DNA of 64,000 bases from Squalus acanthias (lineage: Eukaryota): NCBI GenBank assembly GCA_030390025.1, contig CM059431.1, positions 116,748,001 to 116,812,000 on the forward strand. Reading direction: 5' to 3'. The translations under genes were made by a program, and so were the position numbers. Numbering within the stretch: position 1 is the first letter of the stretch; the number at the start of each line of letters is the position of its first letter. Shown here piece after piece: positions 24,015 through 37,620 of the stretch. The notes beneath the pieces were generated by a model. It had not been told where the DNA came from, ran no database searches, and saw only the letters and a program-made list of their open reading frames with translations.

Positions 24015-24920
24015 ATTCAGTTTGTAAAAGTTCCCAAGCTGAAATCTGTGCATCAACAGGAATTGAAAGGTAGAAAGGTGTGTTCCGTCATCTCGCGAAC
24101 ATCTGTAAATTTCTCTTCTTTCCTTGTCAGTAGAATGAAAATGTAATTCTCAAAGATTTAAAATATTAATAATTTTTCTGATACGAAGTGCTCAATAAGG
24201 CAAGACCTCTGTATAGCACGCCTGTGATTAGCGCAGCTGTGATTTCTTTGTTTTCCTAATTGCCAACAATTTTATTTTAATCAAGAATAGAATTTTTTTT
24301 TGTCAATTAATTGGTTAAAATGTAATTAAAAATTTCTCTCCAGAAAATTCTTTTGGGCAGTCAAAGGATTTAAGCTGAAAAAGTGCTCTATTATGTTACT
24401 TTTGAGCATCCTGTGAGATCATTTTAATTTATTTTTGTCTCTGAAAAGGTAAAAGAAGCATTCAAACACAGCATTTTAATTGAATTTTAAATAACTTTAG
24501 GCGATAGGATTTATTCAGACATTGGTTTTTTAACAGACTATGATCACCATCCAACAATATAACAGGCACACTATTGTAAAAACTTATGCCTTAATCCATA
24601 AATACATTTAAATATGAAGTATCTACCGACTTCCCTACCTACCTATATATAATGTAGACCAGAAAAGGGACAGGAAAATAACAGTGGTCGCAGTGAGTAA
24701 GTGTCAGACAAGGAGGAGAAAGCTTCGGCTTTTTTTCATTTGTTCTTGGGATGTGGGTAACATGGACAAGGCAATATTCGTTGCCCACATTTAGTTTCTC
24801 TGAGGACATTTGAAGTCAACCATATACTGTGAGACTGGAGTCAAATGTAGAGCAGACCAGGTAGGGAAGGCACGTCAATCCCTGGTGGACCATAATGAAC
24901 CAATGGGTGTTTATGACAAT

Positions 24921-25147
24921 GATGCGGAGATGCCGGTGTTGGACTGGGGTGGACAAAATTGAGAGGTCGCACAACACCAGGTTATAGTCCAACAGTTTTA
25001 TTTGAAATCACAAGCTTTCGGAGCTTACTACTCCTTCGTCGGGTGAAGTGACTTCACCCGACGAAGGAGTAGTAAGCTCCGAAAGCTTGTGATTTCAAAT
25101 AAAACTGTTGGACTATAACCTGGTGTTGTGCGACCTCTCAATTTTGT
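24921..25147. mobile_element. Short palindromic Penelope-like insertion
   Basis: Perfect inverted repeat 24953-25049 / 25051-25147; 32-nt unpaired tail 24921-24952; TSD TGTTTATGACAAT at 24908-24920 and 25145-25157. Confidence 0.92.
25054..25092 (+). ncRNA. Minimal type-I hammerhead motif with core variant CCGACGA (mirror copy at 25008-25046 on -)
   Basis: tcac-CCGACGA-a-ggagt(agtaa)gctcc-GAAA-GCTT-gtga. Confidence 0.7.
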
Positions 25148-25973
25148 TTATGACAATCCAGGAGCTTTCATGATCATTCTCTGGTGCCAATCCACAAATT
25201 ACCAGATTTATAGAAGTCAATTTCACAACTTACTATGATACAATTAGAACTCTCTGTATCAAGTCCAGTAACATAACCACGAGGCCACTCCACCCTAAAA
25301 TTGTGTCAAGTTGGCTAATGGGAACCAGAAAGTATCAAATAGAGGCTATTACCTTAGGCCCAGAACGTGTGGTACAAAGAAGTGTGCCAACCCAAGATAC
25401 TGCCACCTTAATTTAAAGTTTGTCTTTAACCGATGAACTGTACTGCATGCAATATATTTACCTCATGCCGTACCTTAACCAACTGTGCAGTCAAATCTGT
25501 GCTATAATTCTATAAAAACACAAATTAAAAGAATAGAAACATCAAAGAAAAGAGAGAGGCAGGAGTGCATTACAATGGAATTTTAAAAAGATATACTTTC
25601 CTGTCTGCGTGCTCCTGTTGAGGACTGGCACCTGCAAGAAGTGCTGATCTGGAAATCAATGGTCCATAGCCATTGATTTTCTGCCCATTTACATGAATTA
25701 AAAGAAAGTCAGGGGCTACAGACCCTTGATTTCCCAACCAGCACTCCCAGCAAGCACTGTTCCTTGCCGAGTCTTCCCGATCAGGGAATAAGCTCTACCG
25801 TGTATTCTATTAATAAGTGAGCTAAAAGAGAGTCTGAACAGGGGAAGTAACTGACTGGAAAGAATGGGGTGTCCCAACAGCTTGAAATGAACGAGTTCAA
25901 GTAGCATAGCAAGTAATTAGCACATCAGGGCTAGGCGGCAGGCTTTTTTTCCCCCAAGGACGTTAAAAATAAT

Positions 25974-26725
25974 GGTCCGGAATTTTCGGTGGTAATGACG
26001 GCGAAACGGTCAGTGTTCACTGTCGTTACCCCTCTGAAACTGACCGTAACTTCAGAATTTTGCACATGCATAGATAAATGCGGAAATCCTGAAGTTGCGG
26101 TCAGTCATTTTCTACTCCACCACAGGTTGCACTGTAGAACTCCCCATAGCTGGCAATCACTGAAATCACTTGAACTGATGAAAACTTCCCCTTTTCCACT
26201 CTAAGATCGCTGTTAAATACCCCATAAAATGTTCAGCCTCGTTGAAAGAGGTGTAACTGGGGGTTCAACACTGCAATAACTGCTGACCAACTGTTCTGGC
26301 CCTGAAAAACTAATTTTATATTTGTGGAATGTCAAATTTCACCATTATGATATAAATTACTAAATTTTTAAAATAATAAAAAAATATATATTTTTAAGTT
26401 TGTTTATGATATTTCAACTTCTACCTTAACCCTATATGTAAGCCCAATCTTTATTTTGCTTTCTGTACAAAAAGTGAATGATAAAAGCTGTTTTCTTTTT
26501 CCTGGTTTGCTATCTATGAGAATTCTTCAATGTGATTGGTTACTTAGACAGCTGTTGACATCACTGATGCTGTATGCTGGTGATCCCCCTTTGACAGCAC
26601 TACAATCAATTAAGGTCAAGAAAGCTAAATTTTTTGCCACAGAGATCACGAGATCTTTGTGGGCAGCTTTCCTCGAGGTCAATGGCAAGCGCCGTCGCTT
26701 TGCCACTGACCGCAAATTCCGAGCC
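25974..26725. mobile_element. Harbinger-type MITE
   Basis: TIRs GGTCCGGAATTT / AAATTCCGAGCC with subterminal GACGGCG/CGCCGTC; AAT TSD on both sides. Confidence 0.85.
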
Positions 26726-28049
26726 AATATTTTGGAGTCAACCATATAGTGTGGGTCTGATACAGGTCTTTAAAATTGTGAATGGGTTGGACAGGGTAGA
26801 TGTGGAGAGAATGGGCTGAACTTTAATGGGGAAGGTGGGTTGGGCAGGCAGGGGGGGCTCTGAGGCGGTCGCGGAACCCGGGAGAGCGGGTTTCCCGCAG
26901 GCCCTGCCGAATTTAACGGCAGAGCCGGATTTGCTTGGGAAACCTCGGTTTCCCACCTGCAGCCAGCTAGATTGAGAGGCTGGCTGGCTCCAAGCAGGTA
27001 GGCTTGTGGCATTAGGCCGCACAGAAGAGGCAGGGAGGCATCGTGTGGGGGCCAGGGGGCTGGCCGGAGAAGCAGTGGGTGGGGTGTATCAGCGATCGCG
27101 GGCCGGAGAGGCACGGTGGGGTGGGGGGGGGCTGCTGTATCAGCGATCATGGGCGGGATGGGTGGGGGGGGAGTCGGAAGATGATCGCAGGCCGTGGGGC
27201 AGTTGGTGGAGCGGGTGAGGGGGTGGTCGCTGAAGATCGGGGGCCGGGAGCAGCATGGGGAGGGCTGGAGGAGCGGGTGGCGTGTCAGGACATTTCCCCC
27301 CACCTCCACCAATATGCCCTAAATGCCTAGCCTCTGAGTCAGAAGGTCATGGGTTCAAGTCCACTGCAAGATTTGAATATATCCGAGGTGGAATTTAGCT
27401 TGGAACGGGTTTCTGACGGGACTGCAGCAGGCTAATTTCCTGCCAATGAGAGGCTACAGGAGGCCATGGCAACCTCAATGACCAGGCCTCTTTAAATACC
27501 GTCGGTTCCCTTCCTGCCTGGAATGGGTGGGAAGAAGGGGCATAGTAGTATTCATCCTTCTTTTCTTCCTTCAAAAAGCAGAGATATAGGGTGATTGCCA
27601 TGGGGAAGCCCACTGTGGCACTATTGGAGCTGTTTTTTTTATTTCTATTACAGTCAACGAAAATAAAAATCGGGTGAGATGTAAAAAGGGCTGCCGACTC
27701 AGATTCACCTGGTTTACACTATCGCACAAAGTCAAAATTAACCCCAAGGTTATCCTATCTCTTTTCCCAGCATTTTAGACTTTCTGTGCCTGCCTCACTG
27801 AAAGCCATCACAATTTTTTCTTTAACAAAACCTGACTGTCATGTCCACATGTGTGGCTTTGTTCCCCTCTTTCCTCTCCTTACAGGAATTTGGGGCTCCA
27901 TTGCTGACCCCTTTCCCTGTCAAAGCATTGGCCACAAGATCAAACCTTCTACCATTCCTCCTATCTTTGAAACTAACTTCATGAAAAGCTCAATAAGAAG
28001 GGACATTTCCCCTCCACAGTGTGAATGTTTGCTGGGAGCTGGGTTCCTA

Positions 28050-30060
28050 TAGGTCGTACACACTGTAGCCACGGTGAACCGGCGGTGGAAGGAGTGGATA
28101 TTTGAGTTAGCAGAGAGTTGGGATAAATGGTTCATTCTCAGACTGGCAATCAGTAACTAGTGGTGTTCCGCAGGGGTCAGTGCTGGGACCCCAACTCTTT
28201 ACAATCTATATTAACGATTTGGAGGAGGGGACCGAGTGTAACATATCAAAGTTTGCAGATGATACTAAGATGGGAGGGAAAGTAGTGAGTGAGGGGGACA
28301 TAAAAAATCTGCAAGGGGACATAGACAGGCTAAGTAAGTGGGCAGAGATTTGGCAGATGGAATACAATACTGGAAAGTGTGAGGTTATGCACTTTGGCAG
28401 GAAAAATAGTAGAGCAAGTTATTATCCTAATGGCAAGAAACTGGAAAGTACTGAAGTACTAAGGGATCTGGGGGTCCTGGTGCACAAAACTCAAAAGGTT
28501 AGTATGCAGGTGCAGCAAGTGATTAAGAAGGCCAATGGAATGTTGGCTTTCATTGCTAGGGGGATAGAATATAAAAAATAGGGAGGTATTGCTTCAGTTG
28601 TACAAGGTATTGGTGAGACCGCACCTGCAATACTGCATACAGTTTTGGTGTCCATACTTAAGAAAAGACATACTTGCTCTCGAGTCAGTACAAAGAAGGT
28701 TCACTCGGTTAATCCCGGGGATGAGGGGATGGACATATGAGGAGAGGTTGGGTAGATTGGGACTCTACTCATTGGAGTTCAGAAGAATGAGAGGCGATCT
28801 TATTGAAACATACAAGATTGTGAAGGGGTTGGATTGGGTGGATGTTCCCGATGATGGGTGAAACTAGAACTAGGGGGCATAGTCTTAGAATAAGGGGCTG
28901 CTCTTTCAAAACTGAGATGAGAAGGAACTACTTCACTCAGAGGGTGGTAGGTCCATGGAATATGCTGCCCCAAAAAGCTATAGAAGCTACATCATTACAT
29001 AAATTTAAACAGAAATAGACAGTTTCCTAGAAGTAAAGGGAATTAAGGGTTACGGGGAGCGGGCAGGAATTTGGACATGAGTCTAGGTTCGGATCGGTCA
29101 TGGCCCTGTGGGTAGCGTAGCAGGCCCAGGGGCCGTGTAGCCTGATCCTGCTCCTATTTCCTGTGTCCAATTCTGTTAGGTTCAGGAGATGGTTCTGTGA
29201 TAGTAGATTGGCGGTTAGGACCAGATCAGCCATGATCTTATTGAATGGCGGAGCAGGCTCGAGGGGCCAATTGGCCTACTCCTGCTCCTATTTCTTATGT
29301 TCTTATGTATGTTCTTATGGTCAGACTACCCATCAAGCGGGCTGCTTTGTCCTGGATGGTGTTGAGCTTCTTGAGTGTTGTTGCAGCTGCACCCATCCAG
29401 GCAAGTGGAAAGTATTCCACCACACTTCTGACTTGTGCCTTGTTGGTGATGGAGAGGCTTTAGAGAGTCACAAGGTGAGTCAGTTGCCATAGAATACACA
29501 GCCCCTGACCTGCTCTAGTAGCCACGGCATTTATGTAGTTGGTCCAGTTGAGTTTCTGGTCAATGGCAACTCCCAGGATGTTGATGGAGGATTCGGTGAC
29601 AGTGATGCCATTGAATGTCAAGGAGAGATGGTTGGTCAAACTGATGCTGGAGATGGTCATTGTTATGTGTGGTGTGATTGTTACTTGCCACTTATCAGCC
29701 CAAGCCTGGATGTTGTCCAGGTCTTGCTGCATGCAGGCATGAACTGCTTCATTATCTGAGGAATTGTGAATGGAACTGAACACTGCAATCATCAGCGAAA
29801 AGCCTCACTTCTGACCTTATGATGGAGGGAAACTCATTTATGAAGTAGCTGAAGATAGTTGGGCCTAGGACACTGCCCTGAGGAACTCCTGCAGCAGCGA
29901 TGTACTGAGGCTGAGATGATTGGACTCCAACAACCACAGCCAACTTCCTTTGTGCCAGGTATGACTCCAGACAGTGGAGAGATTGCACCCTGATCTCCAT
30001 TGACTTCAATTTTACTGGAGCTCCTTGGTGCCACACTCGGTCAAAAGCAGCCTTGATGTT
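28050..30060 (-). mobile_element. Poly(A) CR1/L2-group LINE fragment, split by a CR1 insertion
   Basis: ORFs 29752..30111 (IKAAFDRVWH, GVPQGSVLGP, LFADD) and 29460..29792; the continuation lies at ~28050-28110 on the far side of the CR1. Confidence 0.85.
28118..29320 (+). mobile_element. CR1 LINE, 5'-truncated, with double 3' module
   Basis: LGPQLFTIYINDL..KFADDTKMGG; (TTCTTATG)n tail. Confidence 0.95.
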
Positions 30061-32459
30061 ATGGGTGATGGTGCAAAACGGGCGCTTTCGATTCAGGCGC
30101 CCGTTACACATTTCTCCCGATTTTAATTTCCAAAGTCAAAATTACCCTTGTGTTTGTAGGCTCAGCTCCATTTCACTCCTTCCAGGAAAGTCCCAGAACT
30201 CCTGAAGCAATGTAAAAGGCATGGAGCCCTGGTGTTAAGGGTCTCCATCTCTTTGTTGCTCACCTTTGACCTCAGGCAATGGGCATTCTCAAGGGCCAAA
30301 GATTAAGAAAATTTGCATCTATTTAGCACATAAAATGGTTTGTTAACATCCTGCAAATTCCCAAACACCAGCATCTTGCAGTGTCCTATGCTTATGAACA
30401 GAAGAATTCAATATGTGCTCTGAGCAGTTTCACCGCACGATCTGTTCCGCTCTTTGCCTTGTTATTTTGTGCAACTTTAGCCTTAAAACATAAGAATAGT
30501 GTGAAGTAATAAGACAGATTGATTTTCCAGCCTGCGAGGAAATCATTCATCAGTAAATGTGGACATTTAATTAATTACGTAGAAAAATAAAATAACAGCA
30601 CTTAAAGAGGCACTTAAACCTGCCAAATATATCCTTCATGTCTAGCTAGCTTCTCAGCTGTACATTCAGGTAGTTGACTGTTATAATAACTCATTTAGAA
30701 ATTGAAGGCAGGAGCTTAAAGATTCATCTGTCAAATAGGTCCTTCATGATCTTATTAAAAAGTGTTGGTTTTGGCCTTACCTTGGTCATCTTTTCCAGTT
30801 TGTGGAACTTGTTGCAGACCTTCTCCTAGGTCCACTATAACAGAGTGAGAGAGGGACGATATTTGAGCCACAGGTTTTCGCGAGCTATAGGGATACAAAT
30901 TTAAGAATTTGTAAAAAATGTCAGAATGACCAAGGCAAAGTGGTACAGCTTTAAGAAATTGTTGACCTTAATTGCCTTTAATCAGGAGCGTCTCCCAACC
31001 TAGATGGATTAAAGGCAAAGAAATAGTTCAGTTCAGAATGAAGTTGCTGAGCTGGAGAAGGTGTATGCTGGAAAGTAATTACTGTTTAGTTCATCGCTCC
31101 ACTTAAAGACACAACTGCCATGGGTGAATAAACCTCATTTGTTTTAAACTCTAGTCTGCATGTTTAATTGGCCACCAGGTCCTGGGCCTGCTTCAGCTAG
31201 TTACACCACATAGTGATGGACCAAGGATCTCCCTGTCAGCAATTTCATGTTTGATGCTCTTGGTCTTCATGCTGTTGTCACCATGGCTCCCAGACTGAAA
31301 ATTGTAGCATCTTCTCAGTTACATTCAGATCCCAGTCACTGACTGGCAGACAGTGTCTCACGTTTCATGGGAGCATCACTGAGCGATTCAATTCAGCAAT
31401 TGAGCATTCCACAGTTGGATGAGCAAATACTTTTGCCATTTATACCAATTAAATAATGATTTATGTACTTAACAAGTGTAAAGAAGCTTTATCACAGGTG
31501 AGTCCTCATTGGTCAGTTCATTTGTTAACAGATTTGTAAATCACTGAGACTATGCATAACTAATGGCTTGCAGGCACCTTTTTAAAATTGCTCTCTTAAA
31601 TTCTACAAGATACGTGTTCTTAACCCATAATGTGTTGAAAGCGAAAACGTCCTAATAGCTTGATTGCCCCCAAGTGTAAATCAAGTAAATCTGCAAACTG
31701 AAATTATAACTGTGATGAGCATCTGAGCATTCTCCTCAGTGCTGTTGCTGAGGGAAAAATAGCAGCAGCTCATTTATCTTGATTCTGTTTTATTATAGCT
31801 CAAAACACTGTCAGGAATCTTTCGACATGGTGTGGGACTGGGAGACCCATCTTTCTTCCATCTGTTTTCTCGGTGATCTATGAACAGACATCTGGCTCTC
31901 GGGCCTAGGTGCCAGAAAACCTGTTTACAAGAATTGAATGAAGTTGTGCATGACCACGCACGCATACAAATAGTGACATCAGTAGGCAGGCCGGGCACAT
32001 TGAAATTTTGTGGACTTAATGAAACCAAACAGCTGTAAATGAGTTCCCAGTGAATACATGGAAATGCTATAAAGTGAATCTATTATTCAAGCTACACCTG
32101 AATCTGATGTTAATTTATGTTCCATTTGAAGCAGTTCTAAAATACATCCTTGTTTCCCCTACTGCATATCTGTCCTAGTTTTTTAGCCTGTGAGGAGGGT
32201 TTCTAAACAGGGCGTGAAAAAGACTTGCATCCACATAGTCGCTTTAAAGCCAGAGACACTATATTGATGCAAGTGACCATGTGTGAAAACAGTGCACATA
32301 CATGTACAACTTTGCCAGTCAAAACCTTCAATGAGGTTGCGGGAAGAACTAGGACAAATCGGTGAATAAGAAACAAGCACAGATGGGACTGAAGTCCTCA
32401 GTGGACCAGGCAGCCATTTGCATTTCCATTACTAGTTCTGGTTATTGCTTCTGCAAGTT

Positions 32460-33152
32460 TTTTTTTATTGCCAATCGCCAAAATTGCCCTTGAGAAGGTG
32501 ATAGTGAGCCACCTCCATGAACCGCTGCAGTCCGTGTGGTGTAGGTACTCCCACAGTGCTGTTAGGGAGGGAGTGCCAGGATTTTGACCCAGCAATGATG
32601 AAGGAACAGCAATATATTTCCAAGTCAGGATGGTGTGTGACTTGTAGGGGATGTTTGAGGTGGTGGTGTTACCGTGCGCCTGCTGCCCTTGTCCTTCTAG
32701 GTGGTAGAGGGCATGGGTTTGGGAGGTGCTGTCAAAGAAGCCTTGGCGATTTGCTGCAGTGCATCTTGTAGATGGTACACACTGCAGCCACGGTGCGCCA
32801 GTGGTGGAGGGAGTGAATGTTTAAGGTGGTGGATGTGGTGCCAATCAACTGGGTTACTTTGTCCTGGATGGTGTCAAGCTTCTTGAGTGCTGTTGGAGTT
32901 GCACTCATCCAGGCAAGGGGAGAGTATTCCATCACACTCCTGACTTGTGCCTTGTAGATGGTGGAAAGGCTTTGGGTAGTCAGGAGTTGAGTCACTTGCA
33001 GCAGAATACCCAGCCTCTGACCTGCTCTTGTAGCCACAGTATTTATGTGGCTGGTCCAGTTAAGTTTCTGGTCAATGGTGACCCCCCAGGATGTTGATGA
33101 TGGGTTTTTCGACAATGGTAATGCCATTGAATGTCAAGGGGAGGTGGTTAGA
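32460..33152 (-). mobile_element. Poly(A) CR1/L2-group LINE 3' portion
   Basis: ORF 32732..33127 GVTIDQKLNWTSHI..IYKAQVRSVMEYS; homologous to 355-1040. Confidence 0.9.
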
Positions 33153-34134
33153 CTTTCCAAGTGCGATTTCCAGTTTGGTAACAACAGGCAGCACATATTT
33201 GACAGTTTTATCCTTGGGTTTGAAATTGTGTAAACTTTTTTAACAAAGGACTCATATTCAGCTGAGGGGAAACTTTCATCTCATCCAAATAGGCTAGATT
33301 TTGATCCAGATCCCACAGCTCACAGGACGGTGTGCTAACACATCGTACCACTCAGTCCTCTTCAGGTAAAAGTTCTTTGAAAATGTTTGTAATCAATTGT
33401 TCTTTATCAGCACAAGAAATATTTATTTTTAAACAATCCTTATAACTTGCTTGGTGCATTATCCTGTGAGGTGTCTGGCTGCATTACACTATAACTGGCC
33501 ATCATAAATCATAAAGCTAATCCTTGCAGCACACAAAAGGCAAGTGACCTCTTTCATTATCCAAAGTTCATCCATGTAAGCACCTGGGGGATATGATTTT
33601 GGCTGCTTGTGGAATTGCAATTAGTAAATATAAACCCCTTATATACTGAGCTGAAAACAAAAAGAGAAATGATTGCGGTGACAAACATCTTGACTTATTA
33701 GGTGCTAATCGTAATAATTTAGCCGAAATAATTGGCACATTAATGTATTCACAAATGTTATTGCAAGTTTAATTAAGGTGTACTCCTCCCTTAAAATTAT
33801 TATTGTTTCGCTAAACAGAATTGACTATTATCACGATAGCATTAGAACAGCTTGCTTAGGCCATGACAGAAGAACATAGACAGCAGAAGAATACATGGCT
33901 GAGTGAGTGATATTTATGAAACAAATGCATGTAATTATGTTAATGTTTTTCTCAGCTTTGTTCACTGGTCTCCAATTCAGCTTCGACAGTAAAAATGAAT
34001 TCACGGAACAATGGTTTTGGTAGATATTTTCCTATTTCAGTGTCAGATCAGCCATGACGCTTTTGTTAAGTCAACCAAATGTAACAAATTTAGGTGAGCA
34101 TGTTAAAACTACAAACTAACAGCTTCACAGAAAC

Positions 34135-34310
34135 CGAAAGCAAAATACTGCAGGTGCTGGAAATCTGAATCAAAAACCCAAAATGCATGGAATCTCTCAG
34201 CAGGTCAGGCAGCATCTGTGAAGAGAGAAACACAGTTGACTTTTCAGGTCAATGACCTTTCATCAAAGTTCTGCTGAGTGTTTCCAGCATTTTCTCTTTT
34301 TATTTTCACA
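34135..34310. mobile_element. Decayed Penelope-like family-2 3' end with partial inverted arm
   Basis: Minus-strand copy of the 46010 sequence up to ..gacctttcatca, then plus-strand ctgctgagtgtttccagcattttc. Confidence 0.7.
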
Positions 34311-34896
34311 GAAAGGATGGCTACAAATCCTGTTCTATTTACAATTAATCTGTTGTAAGTAACATCTCTCTTGCTCTTTCCTTTGATAACAAAAACAGTT
34401 ACAGTGGTAGGTACCACTACCATTTGATCAAATAAGGGCAGCAAATCATAAGCACTTCGCAAGAACTCCAGCCTCTTGAATGACCGAGAGACATGACCTC
34501 AAGCTCACGGTTTGCTGAAGCAGATAGAAGTGAACAGGGATGTGCACCTCACTGCATTAACGTTTATTTACTTTTCAGTAGATTGGCTGTCAGGTTGTGT
34601 AGGTGAAAGAAATACCATGGTGTCTCAAATTGGACAAGAAGTTGCAGATAGATAGATAACAGTTTCCTTTGCGTGGTAGCACTGGTTGATTCGAATCCAG
34701 AAAGTCACTGAACCTGTTTAACTATAGGAGACATCAGTCAATTTATGCAATGGACCGGGTGGCAAATTACTGTGAGTAATTAGGACTGGATTGTGATCCA
34801 AGGCAGATCTCTGTTGTGATATGTGGATCATTTAAAAAAAAATCTAAAGGCATTATGACTATTGAATTACAGGGAAGTAAGAGAATTGGCATCTTA

Positions 34897-35305
34897 CATT
34901 ACATACATAGAATATATGGCACAGAAACAGGCCGTTCGGCCCAAACAGTCCATGCCGGCGTTTATGCTCTACTCGAGCCTCCTCCCGTCTTTCCTCATCT
35001 AAATCTGTCAACATAACTCTCTATTCCCTTTTCCCTCATATGCTTGTCTAGCTTCCCCTTAAATGCTTCCATGCTATTCGCTTCAACCACTTGCTGTGGT
35101 AGCGAGTTCCGCAATCTCACCACTCTTTGGGTAAAGAAGTTTATTCTGAATTCCCTATTGGCTTTCTTGGTGACTATCTTATATTGATGGCCTCTAGTCA
35201 TGCTCTTCCCCACAAGTGGAAACATTCTCTCTGTATCCATTCTATCAACATTTTTCATAATTTTAAAGACCTCTATTAGGTCACCCCTCAGCCTTTTTTC
35301 AAGTA
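34897..35305 (-). mobile_element. CR1 LINE 3' end
   Basis: ORF 34995..35312 KRLRGDLIEVFKI..FFTQRVV. Confidence 0.9.
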
Positions 35306-35532
35306 ATTTCAAGTTTTCTTGTAATTGGATATTGCCTATTTTGAACTATTTGGCCCTAGGTTAAGCTCCTTTTCACAATTGTTTTGTCATCAGAGTGTGC
35401 ATTGAAGAGTCTGGTTGTATAAGTTAGTAACACAGTTACTTGAATGAGTCATATCAATATGCCAGGAGTTTTGAGAACTTTTTTTAAAGAGGTAGAATTG
35501 GGACAGTGTGCAAATACAGTGAACTGTAAAGT

Positions 35533-36130
35533 TCATAGAATCATACAGCAGGGAAGGAGGCAATTTGGCCCATTGTGCCTGTGCTGGCTCTTTGAAAGAG
35601 CTATCTAATTAGTCCCACTCCCCTGCTCTTTCCCCATAGCCCTGCAAAGTTTTCCTTTTTAGGTAGAGATTCAATTCCCTTTTGAAAGTTACTATTGAAT
35701 CTGCTTCCACCACCCTTTCAGGCTTTGCAGTCCAGATCATAACCTCGTACAAAATTCTGCATAGAATTATCAGAGCCAGAGTGATCTCCTGGACTAGTTT
35801 CTATCACTTAACGGGGTCGGAGAAGAATTTCCCAGATTTCCCCCCCCCCCCAAATTTGCCTGGGTTTTTATCTGGTTTTCCATTTCTCCCAGGAGTAAAG
35901 AAAAATCTCCTCATCAACCCCCCAGGCTCTTTTGCCAATTATCTTAAATTTGTGTCCTTTGTTCACCAACCCTCCTGCCAGTGGAAAGAGTTTCTCCCGA
36001 TCTATTCTATCAAAACCCCTCAGAATTTTGAACACTTCTAAAAAAAAATCTCCCCTTAACCTTCTCTGTTCTAAGGAGAACAATCCCAGCTTCTCTAGTC
36101 TCGCCACGTAACTGAAGTCCCTCATCCCTG
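35533..36130 (-). mobile_element. CR1 LINE 3' end with a short internal insertion
   Basis: ORF 35868..36125 RLEKLGLFSLEQRRLRGD; catagaatcata tail. Confidence 0.85.
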
Positions 36131-37328
36131 TTAGGGATTTATTTGCCTTAAATGACTTCAGTTATTAAATGGTTGATTCAGCTTGAAAAGTGAGTGGAAC
36201 TTGTATTATCAATTCAAATAATGCAGCCTTTTCATGAATATCATTTTGTTTTTTGATTACATTAGTGATGGGGGTAGATTCTGATGCATGTAAAAAAGTA
36301 AAAATAGAATTTGGTGGGATTCACCAATAAATTACTGACCCCTTTCTCCACCCTAGAACACTGACCTTCTAACCATCCTTATGTGCAGCATTAATAAACC
36401 CTTGTGATGACAATACTGTGCTCTGTGTTGATAATAATGACATTGACAAATGTTGTTTGGGTTATGAAGATCACAGTACCTGTAAAATAACGAGAAAAGA
36501 ACAGATTCTTGGTAGATAAGACTGCAGTATTTTCAGCTATGTATGGTGCTATCTAACTTTGATCAGCAAAAGGCAAGAACATTCAGGTTTTTTTTCATCT
36601 ATTAGCACCACAATTTCAAAACAAATGCCAGAAACTTTCACAAGCCACTGATTAAAGTACGTCAATCCACGTTATAATGTGCTGTGTGTTTGGCCATAAT
36701 AATGGAATAAGGATTTAATTTGGTCCTAAATTTTCTATTTAGATAAAAATCAAACCCATCTCAAAATTAGCAATAAGCTCATTCAAATGCAAACCATTTA
36801 TATTTTCTATATAACTCATGTGGCAATATTCCCATTATGGTTCCATGTGGAACAAGTACAATGAATAAAATAGATTGCAATAAATAGGTATATTTGCCAA
36901 TAGCAATAGTATGGTCTCAGCAAAAGTTCGAGGGTGACAAACTAGAAGAACATTTATTGCCTGAAGTACAACTAAACTGCATTCCAAGTTTTAATTTTAC
37001 TGCTGCAAGGCAATAATGCAAAATGCGTATCTAATAAACACTATTAGGGAGGCTCAAGACAATTTTGAATAATAATGACTGAAGGATTGCCGTGTCTCAA
37101 AAACTTGTTGAAGTATTTCAATCCAATTTCTCAGGCTTGCTCTCAGTACAACTCATAACTACCACTTACGATTTAATATGTTTTGCTTCCTTTGTCTTCT
37201 GCAATATGGCAATCTGTTAGTCAAGAAACAAATTGGTCTTCTGCATACCCATAACAGTGGCGCAAAATTGAATGTTACAGATTGAGAGTGAATGATTGAG
37301 CTCTGTTACTTTTCAAACAAGCAAAAGA

Positions 37329-37405
37329 TGAACAAAAGATCACCCGCTGTGAACAAAAGATCACCCGCTGTGAACAAAAGATCACCCGCTGTGAACAAAA
37401 GATCA
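37329..37405 (+). repeat. Perfect 21-bp tandem repeat, about 3.7 copies
   Basis: Unit TGAACAAAAGATCACCCGCTG. Confidence 0.95.
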
Positions 37406-37620
37406 GCTGCAAATATCTCAACAAAATCAGTAATGCCGCTCTGAATGAACTATTTTCCCTTAACTGGAGCCCATCGTGTGCGTTACCCGGGCCAAGGAGT
37501 GTGTTCGGGTCTGCTGCTCGCCTCTGCTGATGTCTTCCATTCAGCTGCATTTAAGGGGCCCATGCAGCCTTGTGGTTTTTCATTCATATTCTGATGCTTC
37601 TCAGTGTGGTACATAGCGAG

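Noticed and set aside
37329..37405. CRISPR-like array
   Set aside because: Head-to-tail identical units with no spacers, in a eukaryotic context with no cas genes.
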